IMG/VR virus record: IMGVR_UViG_3300033119_001367
Direction: 5' to 3' (one strand)
Length of the DNA: 23,048 nt
Source of the DNA: a virus
Lineage: Duplodnaviria > Heunggongvirae > Uroviricota > Caudoviricetes
Positions 16,069 to 23,048 of this stretch are shown piece by piece. Every line of letters starts with the position of its first letter. Within the stretch, counting starts at the first letter, position 1. Below the pieces are notes generated by a model. It did no database searches, had not been told where the DNA came from, and saw only the letters and a list, made by a program, of their open reading frames with translations. Both the position numbers and the translations under genes were made by a program.

Positions 16069-17019
16069 TTAAAAATCCGAAGAATCTTTACTTACTTTTA
16101 CCATTGTGTCATTACTAGCTATAGTATCTACTGAATCATCATACTTTTTAAAAGGTACGAGTTCAAAGTAATCTTTACTACCATATTCACCAGTGATGTT
16201 AATAGCAAAATCTTCATAGTTTTTAAGATACCTTCCTTTTGGATTATCTGTTTTATGAAATTTATCATTTTTCCACTTTTGAATATTCTCTTCAGAGAAT
16301 TTAGTAGTCCTAATAACTTTCATCGTATTACCTGGTAAAGATTCTTTCCAAACACTCTGATATTGATTCATTTCCCCATCTTTGTCCACTGTCCTAACCT
16401 GTAAAACTTGTACAGTAGGTAAAGCATATTCTCCACCAACTTGTTCCTGCAATTCTTTAAAGTTCCCATTAAACATCTTTTTAGTATCTAATAGAATATT
16501 AGTATTTGCACTGAAGAAATTAAAATCTAACCAATCTCTTAGGAAAGACATTAAATCAACTTCTCCTCTTTTAGCAACTCTGTATTCTTTATCCCCATAA
16601 ACTTCCACTTCTTCTGTACTCTTATTCTTCTTAGTAAAGTGAGTAAAACGCTTAGGTAAATCTTTCTCATCTACAACCCATTGACTATCACCTACTTGGT
16701 TTACCCATTGGGTTTTTGGATTAAAAGCTTCTATTTGCTCATCAGACCAATCATCTTTGGCTTTTTGAGTAACATCTTCATCTTCTAAGAAAAAGGCTTT
16801 CTTAAACTTATAACCAGTCTTTACTTCTTCAAAGTAAACATCAATCCTGGCTGTTTTAACACCATCTTTTTCCTTACAATACTCAATTTCTTCCTTATCT
16901 TCTGTATTATAACCTAACTCTTCCAGTTTAGCTAAATCTGGATTAATAGCTATTACTTTACTTTCAGCAAACCCTACATAAAGGTCTCCAACAATACTTT
17001 CTCTTTTTTCTCCTTGCAT
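16069..17019 (-). CDS. probable single-stranded DNA-binding / replication protein
   Basis: 316 aa, beta-rich N-terminus (KVIAINP...ARIDVYF...FFL...QWVN..G), acidic tail ending in Phe (KDSSDF), located between the AAA ATPase and primase. The SSB call is an inference. Confidence 0.55.
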   Translation of the reverse strand: MQGEKRESIVGDLYVGFAESKVIAINPDLAKLEELGYNTEDKEEIEYCKEKDGVKTARIDVYFEEVKTGYKFKKAFFLEDEDVTQKAKDDWSDEQIEAFNPKTQWVNQVGDSQWVVDEKDLPKRFTHFTKKNKSTEEVEVYGDKEYRVAKRGEVDLMSFLRDWLDFNFFSANTNILLDTKKMFNGNFKELQEQVGGEYALPTVQVLQVRTVDKDGEMNQYQSVWKESLPGNTMKVIRTTKFSEENIQKWKNDKFHKTDNPKGRYLKNYEDFAINITGEYGSKDYFELVPFKKYDDSVDTIASNDTMVKVSKDSSDF

Positions 17020-17020
17020 A

Positions 17021-17347
17021 TTATTTATTTTTTATTTTTGTTTTTAAATCTTCTTTTAATCTTTCTTTTAATGAATCTTCACCATCGTCTCCTGAAAGAA
17101 ACCAATCCACTCTTTGAGCATATATTTGTGCTATAGTAAGATATTTAATTGCATCTTTCATTATTTTTAATACTTGATCATCATACTTTGACCAATATTT
17201 TTCTTCTGGATATTTTTTAAGATACTCTTCATCTTGCCAAAGTTCTTTTTCTGGCTTTAATTTACCATTATTATCTATTACAGATTGTATAGATTCAATT
17301 ATTTCTTTAATTTGATATTGCTTATAATCAAAATGTCCTCCACTCAT
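17021..17347 (-). CDS. phage hypothetical protein (MSGGHFDY type)
   Basis: 108-aa ORF with an A-rich leader. Confidence 0.75.
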   Translation of the reverse strand: MSGGHFDYKQYQIKEIIESIQSVIDNNGKLKPEKELWQDEEYLKKYPEEKYWSKYDDQVLKIMKDAIKYLTIAQIYAQRVDWFLSGDDGEDSLKERLKEDLKTKIKNK

Positions 17348-17354
17348 AATTTAT

Positions 17355-17552
17355 TTATTTTTTAATTATTTTACATATTTCATTAAGTAATGGGGAATCT
17401 ATAGTTTTTTTAAATCTAAGCATTTCATAACCACTCTCATTTATTATACCACTACTTTCATATATAGACACTTCTACTTTTCCACTCTTTTTAAATCTAA
17501 TATGGATTTCTTTCTCTTGACTTAATTTTTTATTAAATTTATATTTTGCCAT
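17355..17552 (-). CDS. hypothetical protein
   Basis: 65-aa ORF tightly packed between neighbours. Confidence 0.6.
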   Translation of the reverse strand: MAKYKFNKKLSQEKEIHIRFKKSGKVEVSIYESSGIINESGYEMLRFKKTIDSPLLNEICKIIKK

Positions 17553-17558
17553 AATTTG

Positions 17559-18500
17559 TTAAACCCATGAAAGTTCTGGGTAAATTTTACTCCAGTAAGT
17601 TTTACCTGTTGTTAATCTGTTACCTTCTTTATCAAAGGTATGTAAATCTGCTATTAATATTTTTTTATTAGCTAGATGTAAAGGTCTTGAATCTGTATCA
17701 GAATCTTCATCTTTCTTTTGAAAATCTAACCAGCAACCTTTATTATCTCTGTAGAATATACCATTAGCATGACTCTGTTGAGTGAATAAAGTAGATAAAG
17801 TACCTTCAAAATCCATATCAGCTACAGAGATACTATCATCCCCTTTGTTAATAATTTTCTTTTTCTCTTTAATGTGTCCTGTATAAATAATAAAAGGGGT
17901 TGCATTTTTCTCTATAAATCTCTTTATTCCAAAAGTAGTCCTTCTGATATATTGACTACCACCATATTCATCCACTCTTTTAATAGATGTTTTAGGTACT
18001 TTAGGTTTAAACTGGTCAAGATAATCAGCTAAGGCTGCTGCATGGAATGTAGATTGTAAATCAGTAATAGGATCTACAGCAAATATAGGAAATTTCATCT
18101 TTCCAATATGCTCTATTAATTTATCATACAATTTCAACCTAACATCTCCTCTGGATTCTTTAAAAGAATTATACAACTCCCAATAAGTACTCATATCATT
18201 AACCTTGTTCAATTCCTGTACAGTTTGGAATATACCCATAGGGACATAAGTACCATCTTTAATAACTTTAAAAGGCTCATCTCCTTCATAAGTTAATAAA
18301 TTAGTAGAATTTTGTGCCTGAAAATAATCTGTACCGCCCTGTGTATCTCCTATAAGGATATTCTTTTGATTTACAAGAGTTTCTGTTTTACCACTCTTAG
18401 GAAAAGATATAATAACTAAATTCCTTGGAGAAATTAGACATTTCTCAGCAGGAAATAACTCTCCCTTCTCATTAATAGGTAATTTTTTAAATTCTGCCAT
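17559..18500 (-). CDS. AAA_24 / Sak4-like P-loop ATPase (putative recombinase or annealing protein)
   Basis: Walker A SFPKSGKT, IGDTQGGT, Walker B FAVDPIT and IIYTGH. Confidence 0.8.
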   Translation of the reverse strand: MAEFKKLPINEKGELFPAEKCLISPRNLVIISFPKSGKTETLVNQKNILIGDTQGGTDYFQAQNSTNLLTYEGDEPFKVIKDGTYVPMGIFQTVQELNKVNDMSTYWELYNSFKESRGDVRLKLYDKLIEHIGKMKFPIFAVDPITDLQSTFHAAALADYLDQFKPKVPKTSIKRVDEYGGSQYIRRTTFGIKRFIEKNATPFIIYTGHIKEKKKIINKGDDSISVADMDFEGTLSTLFTQQSHANGIFYRDNKGCWLDFQKKDEDSDTDSRPLHLANKKILIADLHTFDKEGNRLTTGKTYWSKIYPELSWV

Positions 18501-18516
18501 AGTTTTTTTCTTTTTA

Positions 18517-18547
18517 CAAATGTACTATTTTATTTTAGATTTACAAA
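18517..18547 (-). promoter_or_regulatory. Bacteroidota-type promoter (-33 TTTG, 19-nt spacer, -7 TACATTTG)
   Basis: Full consensus match 16 nt upstream of the AAA ATPase ATG. Confidence 0.8.
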
Positions 18548-18655
18548 AATATCTTTTAAAGTTTTCCAATCCCACATCTCATTAAAAAAAGCATTCTTTG
18601 CAATAGGAAACCCTGCAATAATTGGTCTAATTTTTTCTTTCTTCTTTTTCTTCAT
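18530..18655 (-). CDS. small hypothetical protein (41 aa, MKKKKKEKIRPIIAGFPIAKNAFFNEMWDWKTLKDIFVNLK)
   Basis: Translated by hand; fills the gap in the coding run. Confidence 0.45.
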   Translation of the reverse strand: MKKKKKEKIRPIIAGFPIAKNAFFNEMWDWKTLKDIFVNLK

Positions 18656-18788
18656 ATATTGTTTTTATTAGTGAATCAATCTTGTTTTCAAAGTTCTTTT
18701 TCATTAACTCTATTATACCCACATTATCCTGTAAACCATCTAAAAATGCATTATAATCATTTAATATATCTTGTCTTATTTCACGCAT
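18627..18788 (-). CDS. small hypothetical protein (53 aa, MREIRQDILND...)
   Basis: Translated by hand; ATG overlaps the end of the upstream ORF. Confidence 0.55.
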   Translation of the reverse strand: MREIRQDILNDYNAFLDGLQDNVGIIELMKKNFENKIDSLIKTIYEEKEERKN

Positions 18789-19180
18789 TTTATAATTTTT
18801 ATAGCCTTAGAAACTATCTCTGTATTATTCTTAAGGTATTCTGTTCCTTTTGGTATAATACATTTAACAAATCTAGCTTTAGAAGCAGCTTCTGTCCAAA
18901 GAGGCGAAAAAACATAAGCATAATCATATGTTAAATAAGCGTGAAAACCCTGGTATATCTCATAATATCGATTATTAAAATAAGAAGAATAGGTAAACTC
19001 ATTAACTGTGTATATTTTATTAGGTCTATATACAAATTCTTGATAATAAGAATAAAATCTTCTCCATAACCCAAGATATTTAGATTTATACCCCATCACT
19101 TTCCATACAATTATATCTTCCTGAGCTATTTCTATATGTTCTTCAAATGTTTCTTTTGTTTTTCTTAAATTGAAACACAT
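18776..19180 (-). CDS. phage hypothetical protein (GFHAY / CIIPKG..Y family)
   Basis: 134-aa ORF with IIVWKV, GFHAY and VKCIIPKGTEY...EIVS motifs. Confidence 0.75.
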   Translation of the reverse strand: MCFNLRKTKETFEEHIEIAQEDIIVWKVMGYKSKYLGLWRRFYSYYQEFVYRPNKIYTVNEFTYSSYFNNRYYEIYQGFHAYLTYDYAYVFSPLWTEAASKARFVKCIIPKGTEYLKNNTEIVSKAIKIIKCVK

Positions 19181-20511
19181 AATTTCTTTTTTATTGCGTT
19201 ATAAATATGTTTATTATACTTTGTCCAGGTTATATTCTTCAACATCCATTGAAGATAGTCATTAGGTATTTGAGATACTCTTTTGCCACCATGTTTACCA
19301 AAGGTTACTTCAGGGTCTGTAGCATCTTTTTGCTCAGTTTCTTCTGTTTTTGTACCTATTTGGTCTATTGGTGTACCAGTTAAAAGTTTACCTCCTTCAC
19401 CATATAACTTCCAAATCTTCTCTTTTTTGTAATACAGAGATTCTAACCTACCAAATCTGTCTATATTACCTACAAAATCAACTATAAGACAATCCTGTTT
19501 TAAAGGGTGAATCCTAGTTCCTCTAGCCATAGCCTGGTAAAACCATGATAATGAAGCTGTTGATCTTCCTCCTATAATACAATCTAATTGTGGATGGTCA
19601 AATCCTATAGATAATACATTAACATTAACAACTACTCTGATAGAGAGGTCTTTAAATCCATCTATTATCCTTTTCCTTTCTTTTTTATCCATATCTCCCC
19701 ATACAGCTTCTGCACCAGGAATTTTCTTAGCTAAAATTTGAGCTTCTGCTACAGAAGGGACAAAGATAAGAATACTTTTTCTATCTAAAGCTCTATCTAC
19801 TCTATCTAAAATAGCCTCTTCTACATTATTGAAGATATAAGCTCTCTGGATAGATTCTTCAGTATATTCAGCTTTTGTACTATTAAAAACAAGCAAATCC
19901 TTATTAAATAAGTGACTTTCATATATTAAAGGACTCCAGTATTTTTTTTCAACCATTTCCTGTATCTGACAAACATGAATGATTTCTTTGAAAAGATTAC
20001 CTTTTTTACTCCTTGAGGTAAGAATTTTCAGAATAGAATAACTCTGCATATTAAAAGAGTTAGTTTGTAACTTCAGAGGAGTAGCTGTAAAACCTAATAT
20101 ATGACTTATCTGGCTATCTTTAAGGAATTTACCCAACATACTATCCATATCTCGTGGGTAGCGGTCAGCCTCATCTATGGCTAATTTGTAACCCCTAAAA
20201 GAGGCTCCTAGTAACTTTATACTACCTATGGTTGCATAGACCAGGTTTCCCATCTCTTTTCTTCCTAATGAGGCTGAGAATACTGCTGCATCACCTCCTA
20301 ATAATCTAAGTTTTTCTAAATTCTGCTCCAAAAGTTCTGCTGAAGGTTGTAATACCAGCATTTTCTCCCCCACTTCATGAGCTATCTTACTGATAAGGAT
20401 ACTTTTTCCAAACGCACAAGGGGCAAGAATAATAGAAGGTACTGATTTCTTCTGTTTGAAAAAATCAATACCTTTTTGTACTGGTTCTATTTGGTTATCT
20501 CTTAACTCCAT
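19165..20511 (-). CDS. SF2 helicase (RadD/UvsW-like) with a C-terminal FGKH...IP.DYL.W domain
   Basis: PCAFGKS, DEAD, GFTATP, NVNVLSIGFD.P and QAMARGTR; C-terminal TFGKHGGKRVSQIPNDYLQWM. Confidence 0.9.
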   Translation of the reverse strand: MELRDNQIEPVQKGIDFFKQKKSVPSIILAPCAFGKSILISKIAHEVGEKMLVLQPSAELLEQNLEKLRLLGGDAAVFSASLGRKEMGNLVYATIGSIKLLGASFRGYKLAIDEADRYPRDMDSMLGKFLKDSQISHILGFTATPLKLQTNSFNMQSYSILKILTSRSKKGNLFKEIIHVCQIQEMVEKKYWSPLIYESHLFNKDLLVFNSTKAEYTEESIQRAYIFNNVEEAILDRVDRALDRKSILIFVPSVAEAQILAKKIPGAEAVWGDMDKKERKRIIDGFKDLSIRVVVNVNVLSIGFDHPQLDCIIGGRSTASLSWFYQAMARGTRIHPLKQDCLIVDFVGNIDRFGRLESLYYKKEKIWKLYGEGGKLLTGTPIDQIGTKTEETEQKDATDPEVTFGKHGGKRVSQIPNDYLQWMLKNITWTKYNKHIYNAIKKKLCVSI

Positions 20512-20513
20512 AA

Positions 20514-20771
20514 TTAATATATTTCATATGCTAATGAGTTTATATTCAGAAGAAATTGTCCTAATGTTATTACTGTATAACCATTTTTTTCATACCATTC
20601 CTTACTAGAATGACAACTATTCATCAAATTTATACAATGTTTTTCTTTATACACAGGGTGATCAGTATAAGAATGTCCATTAATACTCTTAACTCTAGCA
20701 ATAATATCCGCATTATTACCAACAAACACTGCTGTTGGATGTTTTTTTAAATATTCTTTAGTATATTTCAT
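20514..20771 (-). CDS. hypothetical protein with a YEIY C-terminus
   Basis: Starts MKYTKE, ends SLAYEIY*. Confidence 0.75.
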   Translation of the reverse strand: MKYTKEYLKKHPTAVFVGNNADIIARVKSINGHSYTDHPVYKEKHCINLMNSCHSSKEWYEKNGYTVITLGQFLLNINSLAYEIY

Positions 20772-21057
20772 AATCTGGTTCTTTTAGTAAATAAAGTATG
20801 TCCCTTAAATAAATATAATAACTTATATATTGATCATTATTATCTATAGCAAAATACTTACCAGTAATATAAAGTTTTTTAGGACATATATTAAAAAACC
20901 CTTCTCGTTTCCAATCTTTGTATAAGGTACTTTTATTAAAATTACAATGATTATAATTTACAAATCCTTGTTTTTTAAGATCTTCTATTAATAAATTAAA
21001 CAGCTCTTCTGATATATTTTTATTATATTCTAGAGTAGTATTTTCAGTAAACTTCAT
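20758..21057 (-). CDS. hypothetical protein with a YEIY C-terminus
   Basis: Starts MKFTEN, ends EPDYEIY*. Confidence 0.75.
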   Translation of the reverse strand: MKFTENTTLEYNKNISEELFNLLIEDLKKQGFVNYNHCNFNKSTLYKDWKREGFFNICPKKLYITGKYFAIDNNDQYISYYIYLRDILYLLKEPDYEIY

Positions 21058-21227
21058 TTCTTTTCTAATTTAAATTTGTTTTTACAAACTTCTATAAATT
21101 CAGGAATAGTAGCTCCTTTATCCATAGCCTTTTCCAAATCTTGTTCCCATTCTTCCCAAGGATCTAGTATTTCTGAAATAATTATCTCTTTTCTGGTTTT
21201 AATATCTATTACTTTAGTATAACTCAT
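21054..21227 (-). CDS. hypothetical protein (57 aa, MSYTKVIDIK...LEKK); the only array member without YEIY
   Basis: Translated by hand; ATG nested in the upstream YELY codons, and its TGA overlaps the downstream ATG. Confidence 0.65.
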   Translation of the reverse strand: MSYTKVIDIKTRKEIIISEILDPWEEWEQDLEKAMDKGATIPEFIEVCKNKFKLEKK

Positions 21228-21495
21228 AAATTATATTTTTATTTAATTCAGGGTACTTATTATAAAAAGCTTGTAAATCACTTTCTGAGGGTTCTCCAAA
21301 TTGCCATTGATACTTAAAACCACATAAACCATTACTTTCATCACCTTCATCTTTTCTTCTTTCCTTCCCTATATAAACACCTTCACCTCTAAAATAACCT
21401 TTTTCATCAGCTTCAGTAAATTTAATTACATGATAATCCAAATCTCTAAACCAAGTTTTATATACTTTACCTGGTATACAATCAGTATATTTCAT
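21214..21495 (-). CDS. hypothetical protein with a YELY C-terminus
   Basis: Start moved to MKYTDC (21495), nested in the upstream YEIY codons like its neighbours; ends NIIYELY*. Confidence 0.75.
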   Translation of the reverse strand: MKYTDCIPGKVYKTWFRDLDYHVIKFTEADEKGYFRGEGVYIGKERRKDEGDESNGLCGFKYQWQFGEPSESDLQAFYNKYPELNKNIIYELY

Positions 21496-21751
21496 AATTA
21501 TATAATTTAGGTTTATCAACTAGTTCCCCAGCAGAAATACAGGCTTGTAACCATAATTTTTCTTCAGGTGTAGCCTCTACCCACTTACCTGAACAACTTC
21601 CTCCTGAGGAACGATATATTCTATTACAATCAATATATTCATTACAATAACCCTCTCTAGCTACTTTAATAATGCATCTACAACCACCACTCCCTATATA
21701 AACACAAATATCTCCTTCAAAGACATCTTTTCCAAATTTTAAATTTTTCAT
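21482..21751 (-). CDS. hypothetical protein with an EATPEE helix and a YEIY C-terminus
   Basis: Ends VEATPEEKLWLQACISAG...LYNYEIY*. Confidence 0.75.
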   Translation of the reverse strand: MKNLKFGKDVFEGDICVYIGSGGCRCIIKVAREGYCNEYIDCNRIYRSSGGSCSGKWVEATPEEKLWLQACISAGELVDKPKLYNYEIY

Positions 21752-21752
21752 A

Positions 21753-21998
21753 TTAATAAATTTCGTAATTTAATGATTCTTGATTAGCATAACACATAAA
21801 TTGTAAATGTCCACTATTTAAATAATTTAATAACTTATCCATTGTGTATGAGTTTATTTGGGCAAAAGGATATTCTTTTTGATTTATATAATCTCTAATA
21901 TAAGTAATTTCTCCTTCTACTTTACATACCCACCATTTAGTATAGTCTGGTCCAGGATCATAAACCACTCCTAGTAAATTATTTCTAGTAAATTTCAT
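21753..21998 (-). CDS. hypothetical protein with a YEIY C-terminus
   Basis: Starts MKFTRN, ends SLNYEIY*. Confidence 0.75.
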   Translation of the reverse strand: MKFTRNNLLGVVYDPGPDYTKWWVCKVEGEITYIRDYINQKEYPFAQINSYTMDKLLNYLNSGHLQFMCYANQESLNYEIY

Positions 21999-22260
21999 AT
22001 TCTTCTAATTTTGTACTATTTAATTTATTAAATTCATCTGAAGTAGGCAATCTAAACATATAAAACCCATTACTAGGAATAAAATCATCCTCTCCTTGTT
22101 CTATACTCGCATATTTAGAAGACCACCAAGTATGTCCTTCCCCATGTTTAAATATGTACCAACCTTGATCTGGATATGTTGTAGCATATACAACACCTCT
22201 TATTAGATTTTTATAAGGTATAAAACATCCCTGTTCTTCCTGAAATAATTGTGCATTCAT
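21985..22260 (-). CDS. hypothetical protein with a YEIY C-terminus
   Basis: Ends FRLPTSDE...LEEYEIY*. Confidence 0.75.
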   Translation of the reverse strand: MNAQLFQEEQGCFIPYKNLIRGVVYATTYPDQGWYIFKHGEGHTWWSSKYASIEQGEDDFIPSNGFYMFRLPTSDEFNKLNSTKLEEYEIY

Positions 22261-22261
22261 A

Positions 22262-22471
22262 TTAATAAATTTCGTAATTAGGTATTTTTTTCCAAATTCT
22301 TATACATACTCTGGCTTTGTCAAAAGACATGTCTCCCTTTAGTTTATAATATATATTATCTGTATTAGATAATTTACCGTTATTAATAATTTTTTGTAAT
22401 TGTTCTTCAGGCATATTACTGTTCTCATATGCATATTTAAGTTCTTCTATTGTATTATAATATTTTTTCAT
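22262..22471 (-). CDS. hypothetical protein with a YEIY C-terminus
   Basis: Ends IPNYEIY*. Confidence 0.7.
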   Translation of the reverse strand: MKKYYNTIEELKYAYENSNMPEEQLQKIINNGKLSNTDNIYYKLKGDMSFDKARVCIRIWKKIPNYEIY

Positions 22472-22490
22472 TTTTTAAAATTAGTTAATT

Positions 22491-23048
22491 TTAAGTGTTA
22501 AAAAAACTATTATTGAATAACGTATCATAATTAAAAAATTCCATATCTTTTGCTTTTGGCAATTCTTTAAATATACCTGTAGAACCCATAAATCCCATTC
22601 CCACTCTTAAATCTGACTCCCCGTATGTATTTTTTAATATTTTAATACTTCTAAAATAGTCACCTCCAGTACTTTGATCAATGAAATTATTTATATTATA
22701 ACTAAGGTCAGTAGTTTTATACCTATATGGCTGAAATAGAGAAATTACACAGTCACTGTCTTCAGAAGGTTTTCCACTTTCTTTTACTTGGTCTAAATTT
22801 GGCTCAAAACTATCCATTTTTTGATATATAGGATTACTTAAATCTCTATTAATCTGAGACACAGCTACAGGAGTATAGCTATAAAAATCTCTAAACATTT
22901 GAAAATATTCACTAACTTTATCAATTGCTTCTTTTTTATTCATTGACTTTTCAGGTCTGGTAAGTCCTAAATGATCTACAATTGGAATTACTATATGATT
23001 TTCATTATTTGGAATATATATTTTCTTATACTCACTTATTTGTTCTAT
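22491..23048 (-). CDS. dnaB: DnaB-like (SF4) replicative helicase, C-terminal part; 5' end outside the window
   Basis: The frame is open from 23048: IVDHLGL (Walker B), PVAVSQINR, ESGKPSEDSD.V..LF.P and ILKNTYG. Confidence 0.85.
   Translation of the reverse strand: MEQISEYKKIYIPNNENHIVIPIVDHLGLTRPEKSMNKKEAIDKVSEYFQMFRDFYSYTPVAVSQINRDLSNPIYQKMDSFEPNLDQVKESGKPSEDSDCVISLFQPYRYKTTDLSYNINNFIDQSTGGDYFRSIKILKNTYGESDLRVGMGFMGSTGIFKELPKAKDMEFFNYDTLFNNSFFNT

Larger units (their letters stand above)
21747..22279. repeat. 24-bp exact direct repeat at two gene junctions
   Basis: TTCATATTAATAAATTTCGTAATT at 21747-21770 and 22256-22279 (minus strand: AAT TAC GAA ATT TAT TAA T ATG AA). Confidence 0.9.

Noticed and set aside
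941-18934. Plus-strand ORFs in the track (941, 2277, 7550, 9546, 13172, 13855, 14756, 15582, 16382, 18659)
   Set aside because: All lie antisense to well-supported minus-strand genes, have no recognisable motifs and have shadow-ORF composition
20514-22471. YEIY junction repeats as a CRISPR array or integron attC sites
   Set aside because: Repeats are short, degenerate at synonymous positions and separated by 200-300 nt ORFs; there is no attC-like palindrome and no cas or integrase gene in the window
1-23048. Stop-codon reassignment as seen in some crAss-like phages
   Set aside because: Long genes are intact in the standard code, and TAA, TAG and TGA all terminate well-delimited ORFs
1-23048. 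tRNA, rRNA or insertion-sequence elements
   Set aside because: There is almost no intergenic space, and no cloverleaf, transposase motif or terminal inverted repeat was seen

Overview
Strongly AT-rich, densely packed phage DNA with every credible gene on the minus strand. It is the replication/recombination module of a tailed phage, most likely infecting Bacteroidota: there are TTG-N19/20-TAnnTTTG promoters and A-rich start regions without Shine-Dalgarno sites, and the gene content is reminiscent of crAss-like phages. Recognisable genes: family A DNA polymerase, DnaG-type primase, DnaB-like helicase (cut by the right edge), SF2 RadD/UvsW-like helicase, Sak4/AAA_24-like ATPase, probable SSB, PD-(D/E)XK exonuclease, family-1 UDG, rIIA/rIIB, two GIY-YIG nucleases, a macrodomain-like protein, a lone AP2 domain, and a DUF5664-HAD nucleotidase fusion (cut by the left edge). 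Most striking observations: (1) between the two helicases, 7 of 8 consecutive small, dissimilar ORFs end in YE[IL]Y-stop with synonymous codon variation, and the same DNA often also encodes the MK[FY]T start of the next gene; (2) a promoter + ORF + GIY-YIG cassette sits between a 12-codon stub and a synonymously recoded copy of the exonuclease N-terminus; (3) two promoters share a hairpin geometry with the -33 TTG at the start of a 12-nt loop; (4) the UDG lacks the catalytic Asp. All family assignments come from motif recognition by eye; no database searches were run.
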